Of a DNA stretch of 64,000 nucleotides, positions 36,832 to 45,367 are shown piece by piece. Within the stretch, counting starts at the first letter, position 1; each line of letters begins with the position of its first letter. The notes beneath the pieces are model-generated. The model searched no databases. It saw only the letters and a list, made by a program, of their open reading frames with translations, and was not told the DNA's origin. The stretch covers positions 410,033 to 474,032 of the forward strand of contig JAULAX010000018.1 in the NCBI GenBank assembly GCA_032654565.1, given 5' to 3'. Made by a program: the position numbers and the translations under genes. This DNA comes from Anaeromyxobacteraceae bacterium (GTDB taxonomy: Bacteria > Myxococcota > Myxococcia > Myxococcales > Anaeromyxobacteraceae).

Positions 36832-37804
36832 CCGTCGGCGCCAGCCAGCCCCGCTCCAGGTACCAGCGGGCGGCGCGGGCCACCGACTCGGCCAGCGGCG
36901 TGGCGGCGGTGAAGCCGAGCCGCGCCCTGGCCTTGCCGGTGTCGCAGACCCAGCCCGGCGCCAGCAGCTGCTTGGCCAGCTTGCGGTTGAGCGGCAGCCG
37001 CCGCCCGGTGAGCCGGGTGACCAGGTCGGCGAGCGCCGCGGCGCCGGAGAGGAGCGGCGCCGGCACGTCGACGCGGCGGGTCTCGACGCCGAGGGCCTGG
37101 CCGGCCGCCACCATCAGCCCCTGCGCCGTGGTCCGCTCGTCGCTGGCCAGGAAGTAGGCCTCGCCGACGGCCTCGGGCCGGTCGGCCAGCAGCAGTAGCC
37201 CCTGGGCGCAGTCGTCGACGTCGATCCAGGAGAGCGGCCGCACCCCGCCGAAGCCGAGCGCCCACCCGCGCCTCGCCAGCTTGAAGAAGAGCAGGTTCTC
37301 CTTGTCCCCCGCCCCCATGATGCGCGGCGGCCGGGCCACCGTGACCGGGAGCCGGTCGCGGTAGATGAAGGCCACCCGCTCCGCCTCGGCCTTCGACTCC
37401 CCGTACCACTCGGCGGGGCGCAGCGGCTCCTCCTCGCGGCAGCCGGTGGCCGACGGGGCCGAGGCGGCCCGCGAGCCGGCCAGCACGAAGCGGCGCAGCC
37501 CCGGCGCCCCGGCCACGCAGGCGTCGAGCAGCAGGCGGGTGGCCCCGACGTTGACCCGCCAGAAGGCGTCGCGCTCGGCGGCCCGCCGCAGCCCGGCCAG
37601 GTGGAAGACCACCTCCACGCCGGCCACCGCCGCCGCCAGCGCCGCGGGATCGGTGGCGTCGCCCAGCAGCACCTCGACGCCGGGCCGCTCCAGCTCCGGC
37701 ACGGGGCGGCGCACCAGGGCCCGGACCGTGTCGCCGCGCACCGTGAGGGCGCGGACCAGGGCCTGCCCGAGGAAGCCGCCGGCGCCGGTGACGAGGGCCT
37801 TCAT
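36821..37804 (-). CDS. NAD-dependent epimerase/dehydratase (SDR) family protein
   Basis: MKALVTGAGGFLGQALVRAL.. (Rossmann GxxGxxG) and the ..YGESKAEAE.. YxxxK motif. Start moved to ATG 37804. Its 3' end overlaps the convergent OMP gene by 11 bp. Confidence 0.85.
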   Translation of the reverse strand: MKALVTGAGGFLGQALVRALTVRGDTVRALVRRPVPELERPGVEVLLGDATDPAALAAAVAGVEVVFHLAGLRRAAERDAFWRVNVGATRLLLDACVAGAPGLRRFVLAGSRAASAPSATGCREEEPLRPAEWYGESKAEAERVAFIYRDRLPVTVARPPRIMGAGDKENLLFFKLARRGWALGFGGVRPLSWIDVDDCAQGLLLLADRPEAVGEAYFLASDERTTAQGLMVAAGQALGVETRRVDVPAPLLSGAAALADLVTRLTGRRLPLNRKLAKQLLAPGWVCDTGKARARLGFTAATPLAESVARAARWYLERGWLAPTARG

Positions 37805-37846
37805 GGTCGGAGACAGGAGCATGCGCCACCCGGGCCGGTCAATCTG

Positions 37847-37937
37847 GACCGCGAGGACGGGACCTCGACGACGGGACCGCGAGGACGGGACTGCGAGGAC
37901 GGGACTGCGAGGACGGGACCGCGAGGACGGGACTGGG
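37847..37937 (+). repeat. 14-bp minisatellite, about 6.5 copies (GACYGCGAGGACGG)
   Basis: Units begin at 37847, 37861, 37875, 37889, 37903 and 37917, with a partial unit at 37931. The unit length is not a multiple of 3. Confidence 0.9.
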
Positions 37938-38062
37938 ATGTCCGAACGCCCTGAGCCCGCAGGGTCATTCGCCGGCCCGGGGGGCGAGCCTCGCAGCCTC
38001 AAGCCGCCCACCCAGGCGGAACCAGACCTGGCGAGAGGGCGCGCCCCGGAGCGCGACGAGCG

Positions 38063-38214
38063 CCCCGGCCGGCGAGTGACCCGGAGGGCGATCGACCCTG
38101 CGGACTGAAACCCCGGCCGGCGAGTGACCCGGAGGGCGATCGACCCTGCGGACTGAAACCCCGGCCGGCGAGTGACCCGGAGGGCGGTCGACCCTGCGGA
38201 CTGGAGCCCCGGCC
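38063..38214 (+). repeat. 3 x 48-bp tandem repeat plus a partial fourth copy
   Basis: ccccggccggcgagtgacccggagggcgatcgaccctgcggactgaaa occurs at 38063, 38111 and 38159 (the third copy has 3 substitutions). The next 8 bp start the unit again. The array ends 54 bp upstream of the molybdoenzyme ATG. Confidence 0.92.
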
Positions 38215-38267
38215 AAGACCGGAAACGGCGGGTGGAAACGGCGCGGAGGCGCGGCTAGATTGCCGGC

Positions 38268-40271
38268 ATGTCCACGCTCGTCCCCTCCGCCTGCCCGTAT
38301 GACTGCCCCGACTGCTGCGGGCTGCTCGCCGAGGTGGAGGGGGGGCGGGTGGTGGCGGTGCGCGGCAACGAGGCCCACCCATACTCGCGCGGCTCGCTCT
38401 GCCCGAAGATGGTCCACTACGAGCGGACCGTGAACCACCCGGACCGGCTCACCACGCCGCTCTTGCGGACCGGTCCGAAGGGGGAGGGGAAGTTCCGGCG
38501 AGCCAGCTGGGACGAGGCCATCGCCCTCATCGTCTCGCGCTGGAAGGAGATCGCCGAGGAACACGGTCCCGAGGCCATCCTGCCCTACTCCTACGCCGGG
38601 ACCATGGGGCTGGTGCAGCGCAACGCCGGCCACGCCTTCTTCCACAAGCTGGGCGCCTCGCAGCTGGCGCGCACCATCTGCTCGCCGGCCAAGGACGCCG
38701 GCCTCAAGGCCATCCTCGGCGACACCCCCGGCCTCGACCCGTCGGTGGTGGCCCGCGGTGACCTGATCGTGCTGTGGGGCGTCAACGCCGTGGCCGCCAA
38801 CCTCCACCTCCTCCCCTACGTGAAGGAGGCCCGCAGGAACGGGGCGCGGGTCTGGCTCGTCGACACCCACCGGACCGCCACCGCGGCGGTGGTCGACCGG
38901 ACCTTCGTGGTCCAGCCCGGCTCCGACGGCGCCCTCTGCCTCGGCCTCATCCACCTGCTGGCCCGCGACGGGCTGGCCGACGAGCCGTTCCTGGCCGCCG
39001 AGGCGCAGGGCTGGGGAGAGCTGAAGGCGGCGGCGCTGGCCGACCACCCGCCGGCCCGCACCGCGGCGCTCACCGGGCTCGACGAGCCGGCCCTGCTCGA
39101 CCTGGCTCGCGGCCTGGCCGGGGCCCGGGCCCCGGTGATCCGCATCGGCGAGGGGCTGAGCCGCTACGGCAACGGCGCCATGAACGTCCGCTCCATCGCC
39201 GCCCTGGCGGCGGTGGCCGGGGTGCTGGCCAGGGGGGGCGGCTTCTTCTGGGGCGCCTCCAGCAGCGCCGCCTTCCCGGTCACCCGCTTCACCCGCCCCG
39301 ACCTCATGGCCGGCCCGGCCCGCACCATCAACATGACCCGGCTCGGCCAGGCCCTCGAGGCGCTGGCGGGACCGCGAGTCATGTCACTCTGCGTTTACGC
39401 CTCCAACCCGGCGGCGGTGGCCCCCGACCAGAACGCCGTGCTGCGCGGCCTGGCCCGCCATGACCTCTTCACCGTGGTCCACGAGCGCTTCCTCACCGAC
39501 ACCGCCCGCTACGCCGACGTGCTGCTGCCCGCCACCACCTCGCTGGAGCACGCCGACCTCTACCGCTCCTACGGCCATTACGTGGCGCAGCGGGCCCGGG
39601 CCGCGGTCCCGCCGCTCGCCGAGTCGCTCCCCAACTGGGAGCTCTTCCGCCGGCTGGCGGCCGCCTTCGGCTTCGCGGGGTCGCCCTGGGACCTCGACGC
39701 CGACGGCGTCATCGACCTGCTGCTCTCCGGCCCCGGCTCCTGGCTGACCCCGGCCGAGCGGGCCGACCTCGACGCCGGCCGGCCGGTGACGCTGCGGCCG
39801 CCCCCCGGGCCGCGCTGGCGGACCCCGTCGGGCAAGGTGGAGCTGCTCAACCCGCGCCACCGTGAGCCGCTGCCGCGCTTGCTGCCGACCCACGCCGGGG
39901 AGGGGACGCTGCCGCTCCGGCTGCAGACCGGCCCCGCCCTCTACTCGCTCAACTCGACCTTCATGGACCGCGACGACCTGGCCTCGAAGCGCGGCCCCAT
40001 GCGCGTGCGCCTCTCGCCCGGCGAGGCGGCCCGGCGCGGCGTCGCCGACGGGGCCCGGGTGGTGGCCTTCAACGAGCTGGGCGAGGTGGAGCTGCTGGCC
40101 GAGGTGACCGACGCCGTGCCGGACGGGCTGGCCGTGGTCGAGGGGGTGCACTGGGCCCGCGACACGTTCACCGGGCGGAACATCAACGCCCTCACCTCGC
40201 AGCGGCTCACCGACGAGGCGGGCGGCTCCACCTTCTACGACAACCGCATCGACGTCCGGCTGGCCGGCTGA
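38268..40271 (+). CDS. Molybdopterin (MopB-family) oxidoreductase, cytoplasmic type
   Basis: N-terminal 4Fe-4S Cys motif ..SACPYDCPDCCGLL...SLCPKM.. 667 aa with MopB-like length and composition. No Tat signal. Confidence 0.85.
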   Translation: MSTLVPSACPYDCPDCCGLLAEVEGGRVVAVRGNEAHPYSRGSLCPKMVHYERTVNHPDRLTTPLLRTGPKGEGKFRRASWDEAIALIVSRWKEIAEEHGPEAILPYSYAGTMGLVQRNAGHAFFHKLGASQLARTICSPAKDAGLKAILGDTPGLDPSVVARGDLIVLWGVNAVAANLHLLPYVKEARRNGARVWLVDTHRTATAAVVDRTFVVQPGSDGALCLGLIHLLARDGLADEPFLAAEAQGWGELKAAALADHPPARTAALTGLDEPALLDLARGLAGARAPVIRIGEGLSRYGNGAMNVRSIAALAAVAGVLARGGGFFWGASSSAAFPVTRFTRPDLMAGPARTINMTRLGQALEALAGPRVMSLCVYASNPAAVAPDQNAVLRGLARHDLFTVVHERFLTDTARYADVLLPATTSLEHADLYRSYGHYVAQRARAAVPPLAESLPNWELFRRLAAAFGFAGSPWDLDADGVIDLLLSGPGSWLTPAERADLDAGRPVTLRPPPGPRWRTPSGKVELLNPRHREPLPRLLPTHAGEGTLPLRLQTGPALYSLNSTFMDRDDLASKRGPMRVRLSPGEAARRGVADGARVVAFNELGEVELLAEVTDAVPDGLAVVEGVHWARDTFTGRNINALTSQRLTDEAGGSTFYDNRIDVRLAG

Positions 40272-40456
40272 GCCCGCCGCCGCCACGCCCCCGACGCCGG
40301 GACCGCTCCACGAATTGATCTTGGGACGAAGTCTCACGCCAATTCATTCGTTCTTTCGCACCCTGAAGGCCCAAAAAGCGCGCCTCCGGACCTGGCGCCA
40401 TCCGGTATAAGGACGCCGGAAAGTCTTCGGCCACACTCGACGGAGGGCAGCGGCGC

Positions 40457-41860
40457 ATGAACGATTATCGGTACGACAACCAGACCGTCCAGGGGTTCAT
40501 CCTCTCGGCCATCTTCTGGGGTGTCGTGGGGATCCTGGTCGGGCTGCTCATCTCCGTCCAGCTCTGGGCTCCGGCGGCCAACTTCGCGCCCTACCTCACC
40601 TACGGCCGGCTGCGCCCGGTCCACACCAACGGCCTGGCCTTCGGCCTCGGCGCCGGCGTGATCTTCGGCCTGACCTACTACATCGTCATGCGGCTCTGCG
40701 GCCGCCCGCTGGTGTTCCCGAAGCTGGCCCGGGTCCAGCTCTGGATCTTCAACGTGGCCATCGCCGCCGCCGCGGTCTCGCTGATGATGGGCTACACCCA
40801 GTCGAACGAGTACGCCGAGCTGGAGTGGCCGCTCGACATCGGCGTGGTCATCCTCTGGGTGATGTTCGCGGTCAACGTCTTCGCCACCATCATCAAGCGC
40901 CGCGACGAGCAGATGTACGTTTCGCTCTGGTACATCATCGCCACCGTCATCGCCATCGCCGTCCTCTACATCGTCAACAACCTCTCCATCCCGGCGGGCG
41001 GAATGAAGAGCTACCACCTCTTCGCCGGCGTGAACTCCGCCAACGTGGAGTGGTGGTACGGCCACAACGCCGTGGGCTTCCTCTTCACCACGCCCTTCCT
41101 GGCGATGTTCTTCTACTTCATGCCCAAGTCGCTGAACCTCCCCCTCTACAGCCACCGGCTCTCCATCCTGGCCTTCTGGTCGCTGGTCTTCGGCTACCTC
41201 TGGACCGGCGCCCACCACCTGGTCTACTCGCCGCTGCCCGACTGGATCCAGACGCTGGGCATCGTCTTCACGCTCTTCCTGATCGCGCCGTCGTGGGGCT
41301 CGGTGATCAACGGCTACTACACGGTGGGCGCCGACTGGTCGAAGATGAAGACCAACTACCTCACCAAGTTCTTCATCATGGCCATCACCTTCTACGGCCT
41401 GCAGACGGTGCAGGGGCCGACCCAGGGGCTCCGCGTCGTCTCCCAGCTGATCCACTACACCGACTGGGTCCCTGGCCACGTGCACATGGGGACCATGGGC
41501 TGGGTGACGCTGACCGCCTGCGCCTCCATCTACTACGTGATCCCCAAGATCCACGGGACCGCCATCTACTCGGAGAAGATCGCCAACATCCACTTCTGGC
41601 TGGTGATGGTCGGCCAGCTGCTCTTCTCGGTGACCATGTGGATCACCGGCATCCAGCAGGGCGCCATGTGGAAGGCCACCAACGCCGACGGGACGCTCAA
41701 GTACACCTTCGTGGAGACGCTCTCCAAGAACTACCCGTACTGGCACACCCGGACGCTGGCCGGCGTCATCTTCACCGTCGGCATGCTCTTCTTCATCTAC
41801 AACGTCCTCATGACCATCCGGCAGGGCCGGGCCAGGTCGGCCGCCGCCGCCGCGGCGTAG
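40457..41860 (+). CDS. ccoN: cbb3-type cytochrome c oxidase subunit I (CcoN)
   Basis: 12-TM heme-copper oxidase. Motifs ..YGRLRPVHTNGLAFG.., ..WWYGHNAVGF.., ..HYTDWVPGHVHMGTMGWV.. Confidence 0.93.
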   Translation: MNDYRYDNQTVQGFILSAIFWGVVGILVGLLISVQLWAPAANFAPYLTYGRLRPVHTNGLAFGLGAGVIFGLTYYIVMRLCGRPLVFPKLARVQLWIFNVAIAAAAVSLMMGYTQSNEYAELEWPLDIGVVILWVMFAVNVFATIIKRRDEQMYVSLWYIIATVIAIAVLYIVNNLSIPAGGMKSYHLFAGVNSANVEWWYGHNAVGFLFTTPFLAMFFYFMPKSLNLPLYSHRLSILAFWSLVFGYLWTGAHHLVYSPLPDWIQTLGIVFTLFLIAPSWGSVINGYYTVGADWSKMKTNYLTKFFIMAITFYGLQTVQGPTQGLRVVSQLIHYTDWVPGHVHMGTMGWVTLTACASIYYVIPKIHGTAIYSEKIANIHFWLVMVGQLLFSVTMWITGIQQGAMWKATNADGTLKYTFVETLSKNYPYWHTRTLAGVIFTVGMLFFIYNVLMTIRQGRARSAAAAAA

Positions 41861-41875
41861 GAAAGGGGGATCGAC

Positions 41876-42898
41876 ATGGCTGGCGAGATCTACAAGAAGC
41901 CGATCACCCTGGCGCTGATGGCCACGGTGGCCATCCTCATCGGGTCGGTGGTGACCATGGCCTACCCCATGCTGCGGGCCGACATGCACCCGAAGCTGGA
42001 GACGCTCAAGCCCTTCACGGCGCTGCAGCTGGCGGGGCGCGACATCTACCAGCGCGAGGGCTGCGTCGGTTGCCACACCCAGACGGTCCGGCCGCTGCCC
42101 AGCGAGGTGGCGCGCTACGGCGACTACTCCAAGGCCGGCGAGTTCGCCTACGACCACCCCTTCCTCTGGGGCTCGAAGCGGACCGGCCCGGACCTGGCCC
42201 GCGAGGGCGGGCTGCGCCCCGACGGCTGGCACTACCAGCACTACGCCAACCCCCAGGCGCTCTTCCCGAAGTCGAACATGCCCAGCTACGGCTGGCTCAA
42301 GGGGCGGCCGCTCGACCCGGCGGAGGTGGCGGCGCACCTGAACGCGCTCGGCATGGTCCACCCGGAGCTCAAGGCCGACCTGGCCGCGGTCCGCGCCCAG
42401 CTGGCCGGCAAGGACGAGCTCGACGCGCTGGTGGCCTACACCCAGCAGCTCGGCCACGCCGTGGCGCGGCGGCAGGGCGGCGTCGCCGACCTGACCCTGG
42501 AGAACCCGCTGGCGCACGACACCCAGGCGGTGGTGCTCGGCAAGAAGCTCTTCCTGGAGAACTGCTCCGCTTGCCACGGCGACGAGGGGCAGGGGACCGA
42601 GGGGGTGGCGCCGTCGCTGATCGACGACGCCTTCCTCGGCGAGAAGGGGGACCTCCCCGACGGCGCCTACTACGCCTTGATCAGCGGCGGCTCGGACGCC
42701 AAGCCCATCGCCGGGCGCAAGGGTGACCCGGGCGGCGGCATGACCGCCTTCGGGGGCCAGCTCAAGAAGGACGAGATCTGGTCGCTCATCACCTGGCTGC
42801 GGAACCAGAAGGCCCACGAGGCGGCCGAGGGGCACGACGTGCCGCCGGCGGAGAAGGGCGCGAAGCCCGAGAAGCCCGAGAAGCAGGAGAAGAAGTGA
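41876..42898 (+). CDS. ccoO: CcoO (mono-heme subunit II) fused to an extra C-terminal mono-heme cytochrome c domain
   Basis: CcoO part: ..GRDIYQREGCVGCHTQTVRP..GPDLAREGG..WHYQHYANP.. The C-terminal ~130 aa carry a second heme site, ..ENCSACHGDEGQG.., then a Lys/Glu/Pro tail. Confidence 0.85.
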   Translation: MAGEIYKKPITLALMATVAILIGSVVTMAYPMLRADMHPKLETLKPFTALQLAGRDIYQREGCVGCHTQTVRPLPSEVARYGDYSKAGEFAYDHPFLWGSKRTGPDLAREGGLRPDGWHYQHYANPQALFPKSNMPSYGWLKGRPLDPAEVAAHLNALGMVHPELKADLAAVRAQLAGKDELDALVAYTQQLGHAVARRQGGVADLTLENPLAHDTQAVVLGKKLFLENCSACHGDEGQGTEGVAPSLIDDAFLGEKGDLPDGAYYALISGGSDAKPIAGRKGDPGGGMTAFGGQLKKDEIWSLITWLRNQKAHEAAEGHDVPPAEKGAKPEKPEKQEKK

Positions 42899-43197
42899 TG
42901 GGGGCCGACCAGATGGAGAACGAACTTCCCGACACCGCCGAGGCCATGGAACGCAAGGACACGGCGCACACCGTCCCGGCCGGCTGGCTGCTGCTCTTCT
43001 TCGGCCTGATCGCCTGGGGCGCCTGGTACCTCTACATGTACTCGCCCTGGAGCACCGGCTGGTCCCAGGAGGGCCAGCTGGCCGCCGCCCCGGTCGAGAC
43101 CGGCGGGAACATCTTCATGACCGTCCTCTTCACCGCCCTCCCCACCGCCGCGGCGATCGGCTTGTGGCTGATGCAGCGCGCCGCTAAGAAGGGGTGA
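42895..43197 (+). CDS. Small membrane protein resembling the N-terminal (FixP_N) anchor of CcoP, without heme domains
   Basis: ..HTVPAGWLLLFFGLIAWGAWYLYMY.. resembles the CcoP N-terminal motif (P-x-WW..F..I.W). There is a second TM helix and no CxxCH. ATGA coupled to the upstream stop. Confidence 0.6.
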   Translation: MMGADQMENELPDTAEAMERKDTAHTVPAGWLLLFFGLIAWGAWYLYMYSPWSTGWSQEGQLAAAPVETGGNIFMTVLFTALPTAAAIGLWLMQRAAKKG

Positions 43198-43207
43198 GCG
43201 AGGAACG

Positions 43208-43348
43208 ATGGCGCCGGACACCTTCTACCTGCTCTTCGGGATCACGCTCAGCGTGACCTTCGTCGGCATCTGGATCTTCCTCTACTCCCGCAAGCGGCGC
43301 GAACACGTGGAGCAGGCGAAGTACAAGATGCTGGACGATGACGGGTAA
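43208..43348 (+). CDS. CcoQ/FixQ-like small subunit (46 aa)
   Basis: Too short for the ORF track. MAPDTFYLLFGITLSVTFVGIWIFLYSRKRREHVEQAKYKMLDDDG: a single TM helix with a basic tail, in the position expected for ccoQ. Confidence 0.6.
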   Translation: MAPDTFYLLFGITLSVTFVGIWIFLYSRKRREHVEQAKYKMLDDDG

Positions 43349-44564
43349 CGGCGCCATCCAGCGGTACCGCCGCGCCGCCGGGGCAGCCCAGGCGATCCTC
43401 TTCGTCGGCCTGCCCTTCCTGCGCGTGGGCGGCGAGAGCGCGCTCCGCTTCGACGTCCCCTCGCTGACCCTGCACGTCTTCGGGGCCGGCGTCGGCGTCG
43501 ACGAGCTCTTCGTCACCCTCCCGGCCCTCATCTTCCTCACCCTGCTGCTGCTGCTGGTGACCGTCGCCTTCGGGCGGGCCTGGTGCGGCTGGTCCTGCCC
43601 GCAGACGGTGCTCGGCGACCTGACCCGGCTGGTGCAGCCGTGGCCGGGCCGGGTGGCGCGTCCCTGGCGCCGGGCCGGGGGCTTCGCCCTCACGGCGCTG
43701 GTCTCGCTGGTGGCCGGCGCCGCCACCGTCTGGTACTTCGTGCCGCCGCTCTCCTTCCTCGGCGACCTGGCCGCCGGCCGGCTCGGCCCGGTGGCGGCCG
43801 GCGCCTGGGCGGTGCTCTCGGTGGTGCTCTTCCTCGACCTGGCCTTCGTCCGCGGTCGCTTCTGCGCCACCGCCTGCCCCTACGCCCGGCTGCAGGGCGT
43901 GCTCTACGACGCCCACACCCTGACCATCGCCTACGACGAGCGGCGCGACGCCGACTGCGTCGACTGCGGCGCCTGCGTGCGCTGCTGCCCCACCGGCATC
44001 GACATCCGCGACGGCGCCCAGATGGAGTGCATCGCCTGCGCCGAGTGCATCGACGCCTGCCGGCCCATCATGCTCAAGCTGAAACGGAAGACCGACCTGG
44101 TCGGCTACTTCTTCGGCGAGCCGGGGCGGGCCCGGCGGCTGGTGCGCCCGGCCACCGTCGGCCTGCTGGCGGCCACCCTGCTCTCGCTCGGCGCCACCGC
44201 GGCCGCGGCGTACACCGTGGCCGGGGCCGGCCTCGACCTCACCGTGGTGGTCGACAGCGGCTTCGCGCCCCGCCTGGCCCCGGACGGACGGGCGCTCATG
44301 GCCTACGTGGTCTCGCTGGAGAACCGCACCCGCTCGCCGGTCCAGGTCCGGCTCTCGCTGGCGGCCCCCGGGCTCGAGGTGGGGCTGCGGCCGCCCCGGG
44401 TGGCCCTCGGGGCCGGCGAGCACCGCCGCCTGCGCGTGGTCGCCGAGGCGCACGGGCCGGCGGGCCGCAGCGACGCCACCTTCACCGCCACCGTGGAGGG
44501 CGCCGGCGGGCCGGGCCAGATGCGGACCAGCCGCGCCTTCCTCCTCGTCCCGGAGTCGCCATGA
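43338..44564 (+). CDS. ccoG: CcoG/FixG-type 4Fe-4S membrane ferredoxin
   Basis: ..GRAWCGWSCPQTV.., ..CATACPYARLQ.., ..CVDCGACVRCCPTGIDIR..CIACAECIDAC.. Confidence 0.88.
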   Translation: MTGNGAIQRYRRAAGAAQAILFVGLPFLRVGGESALRFDVPSLTLHVFGAGVGVDELFVTLPALIFLTLLLLLVTVAFGRAWCGWSCPQTVLGDLTRLVQPWPGRVARPWRRAGGFALTALVSLVAGAATVWYFVPPLSFLGDLAAGRLGPVAAGAWAVLSVVLFLDLAFVRGRFCATACPYARLQGVLYDAHTLTIAYDERRDADCVDCGACVRCCPTGIDIRDGAQMECIACAECIDACRPIMLKLKRKTDLVGYFFGEPGRARRLVRPATVGLLAATLLSLGATAAAAYTVAGAGLDLTVVVDSGFAPRLAPDGRALMAYVVSLENRTRSPVQVRLSLAAPGLEVGLRPPRVALGAGEHRRLRVVAEAHGPAGRSDATFTATVEGAGGPGQMRTSRAFLLVPESP

Positions 44565-45367
44565 AGCCGCTCATCGCCCTCGCCGCCGTCGCCGCCCTCG
44601 GCGCCGTGGCCGCCACCGTGGCCATCGGGATCCAGCTCAAGGAGCAGACGGTGGTGAGCGACCCCTACGAGCACGGGCTCCGCTACGACCACGACCGGGC
44701 CGTCCGCTCCCGGCTCGGCTGGCAGGCCCGCTTCGAGGCGGCCGACCTGAGGCCGGGCGGCGCCGAGCTCCGCTTCGCGCTGGTGGACAAGGCCGGCGCG
44801 CCGGTCGAGGGGGCCGAGGTGAAGGTGGCGGTGACCCGGCCGGCCAGCCCGGGCGACGAGCGGCAGGGGAGCGCCCGGGCCCTGGGCGGCGGCCGCTACC
44901 TGGCCCCGGTCGGGTTCGCCGCGCCCGGCTTCTGGGATGTCCGGCTCGACGCCACCCGCGCCGGCGACGCCGTCGGCCTGACCCAGCAGGTGCGGATCGA
45001 GGCCGGCGAGGGGGCCCCCTGCGACCTGGCGGCGGCCCCCTGCCGGGCGTCGGCCGGCGGGCTGCAGCTGACGCTCGACCTGGGGCGCACGCTCGCCACC
45101 ATGAAGGACCTCCCCGTCACGGTGACCGTCACCCGCGGGGGCGCGCCGCTCGACGGCGTGGCCGTGGAGGTGAGCTTCGCCATGAAGGAGATGAACATGG
45201 GCGAGAACCGGGTCAGGCTGGCCGCGGCCGGCCCGGGCCGCCACACCGGCGTCGCCGTGCTGGTCCGCTGCCACAGCGGGCGAAGGGACTGGATCGCCAC
45301 CGTCACCGTCCGCCCTGCCGGCGGCGCGCCGGTCTCGGCGGCCTTCCCCTTCCAGGTGCCTGGGTGA
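44561..45367 (+). CDS. FixH/CcoH-like membrane-anchored protein (two FixH-like modules)
   Basis: N-terminal TM helix MKPLIALAAVAALGAVAATVAIG, then ..DPYEHGLRYDHD.. ATGA coupling with ccoG. Confidence 0.7.
   Translation: MKPLIALAAVAALGAVAATVAIGIQLKEQTVVSDPYEHGLRYDHDRAVRSRLGWQARFEAADLRPGGAELRFALVDKAGAPVEGAEVKVAVTRPASPGDERQGSARALGGGRYLAPVGFAAPGFWDVRLDATRAGDAVGLTQQVRIEAGEGAPCDLAAAPCRASAGGLQLTLDLGRTLATMKDLPVTVTVTRGGAPLDGVAVEVSFAMKEMNMGENRVRLAAAGPGRHTGVAVLVRCHSGRRDWIATVTVRPAGGAPVSAAFPFQVPG

Noticed and set aside
37805-38267. Moco riboswitch upstream of the molybdopterin oxidoreductase
   Set aside because: I cannot recognise the conserved Moco-motif core. The region is dominated by tandem repeats, which is not how known riboswitch aptamers are organised. 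A covariance-model scan is needed before any such call.
40314-40345. Possible FNR/FixK box upstream of ccoN (TTGAT at 40314-40318)
   Set aside because: Only one half-site is present. The expected ATCAA partner 4 nt downstream is absent (the sequence is TTGATcttgGGACG). A 6-bp inverted repeat, GAATTG..CAATTC, with a 22-nt spacer is too weak to call. The region is AT-richer and probably holds the promoter, but no specific operator can be supported.
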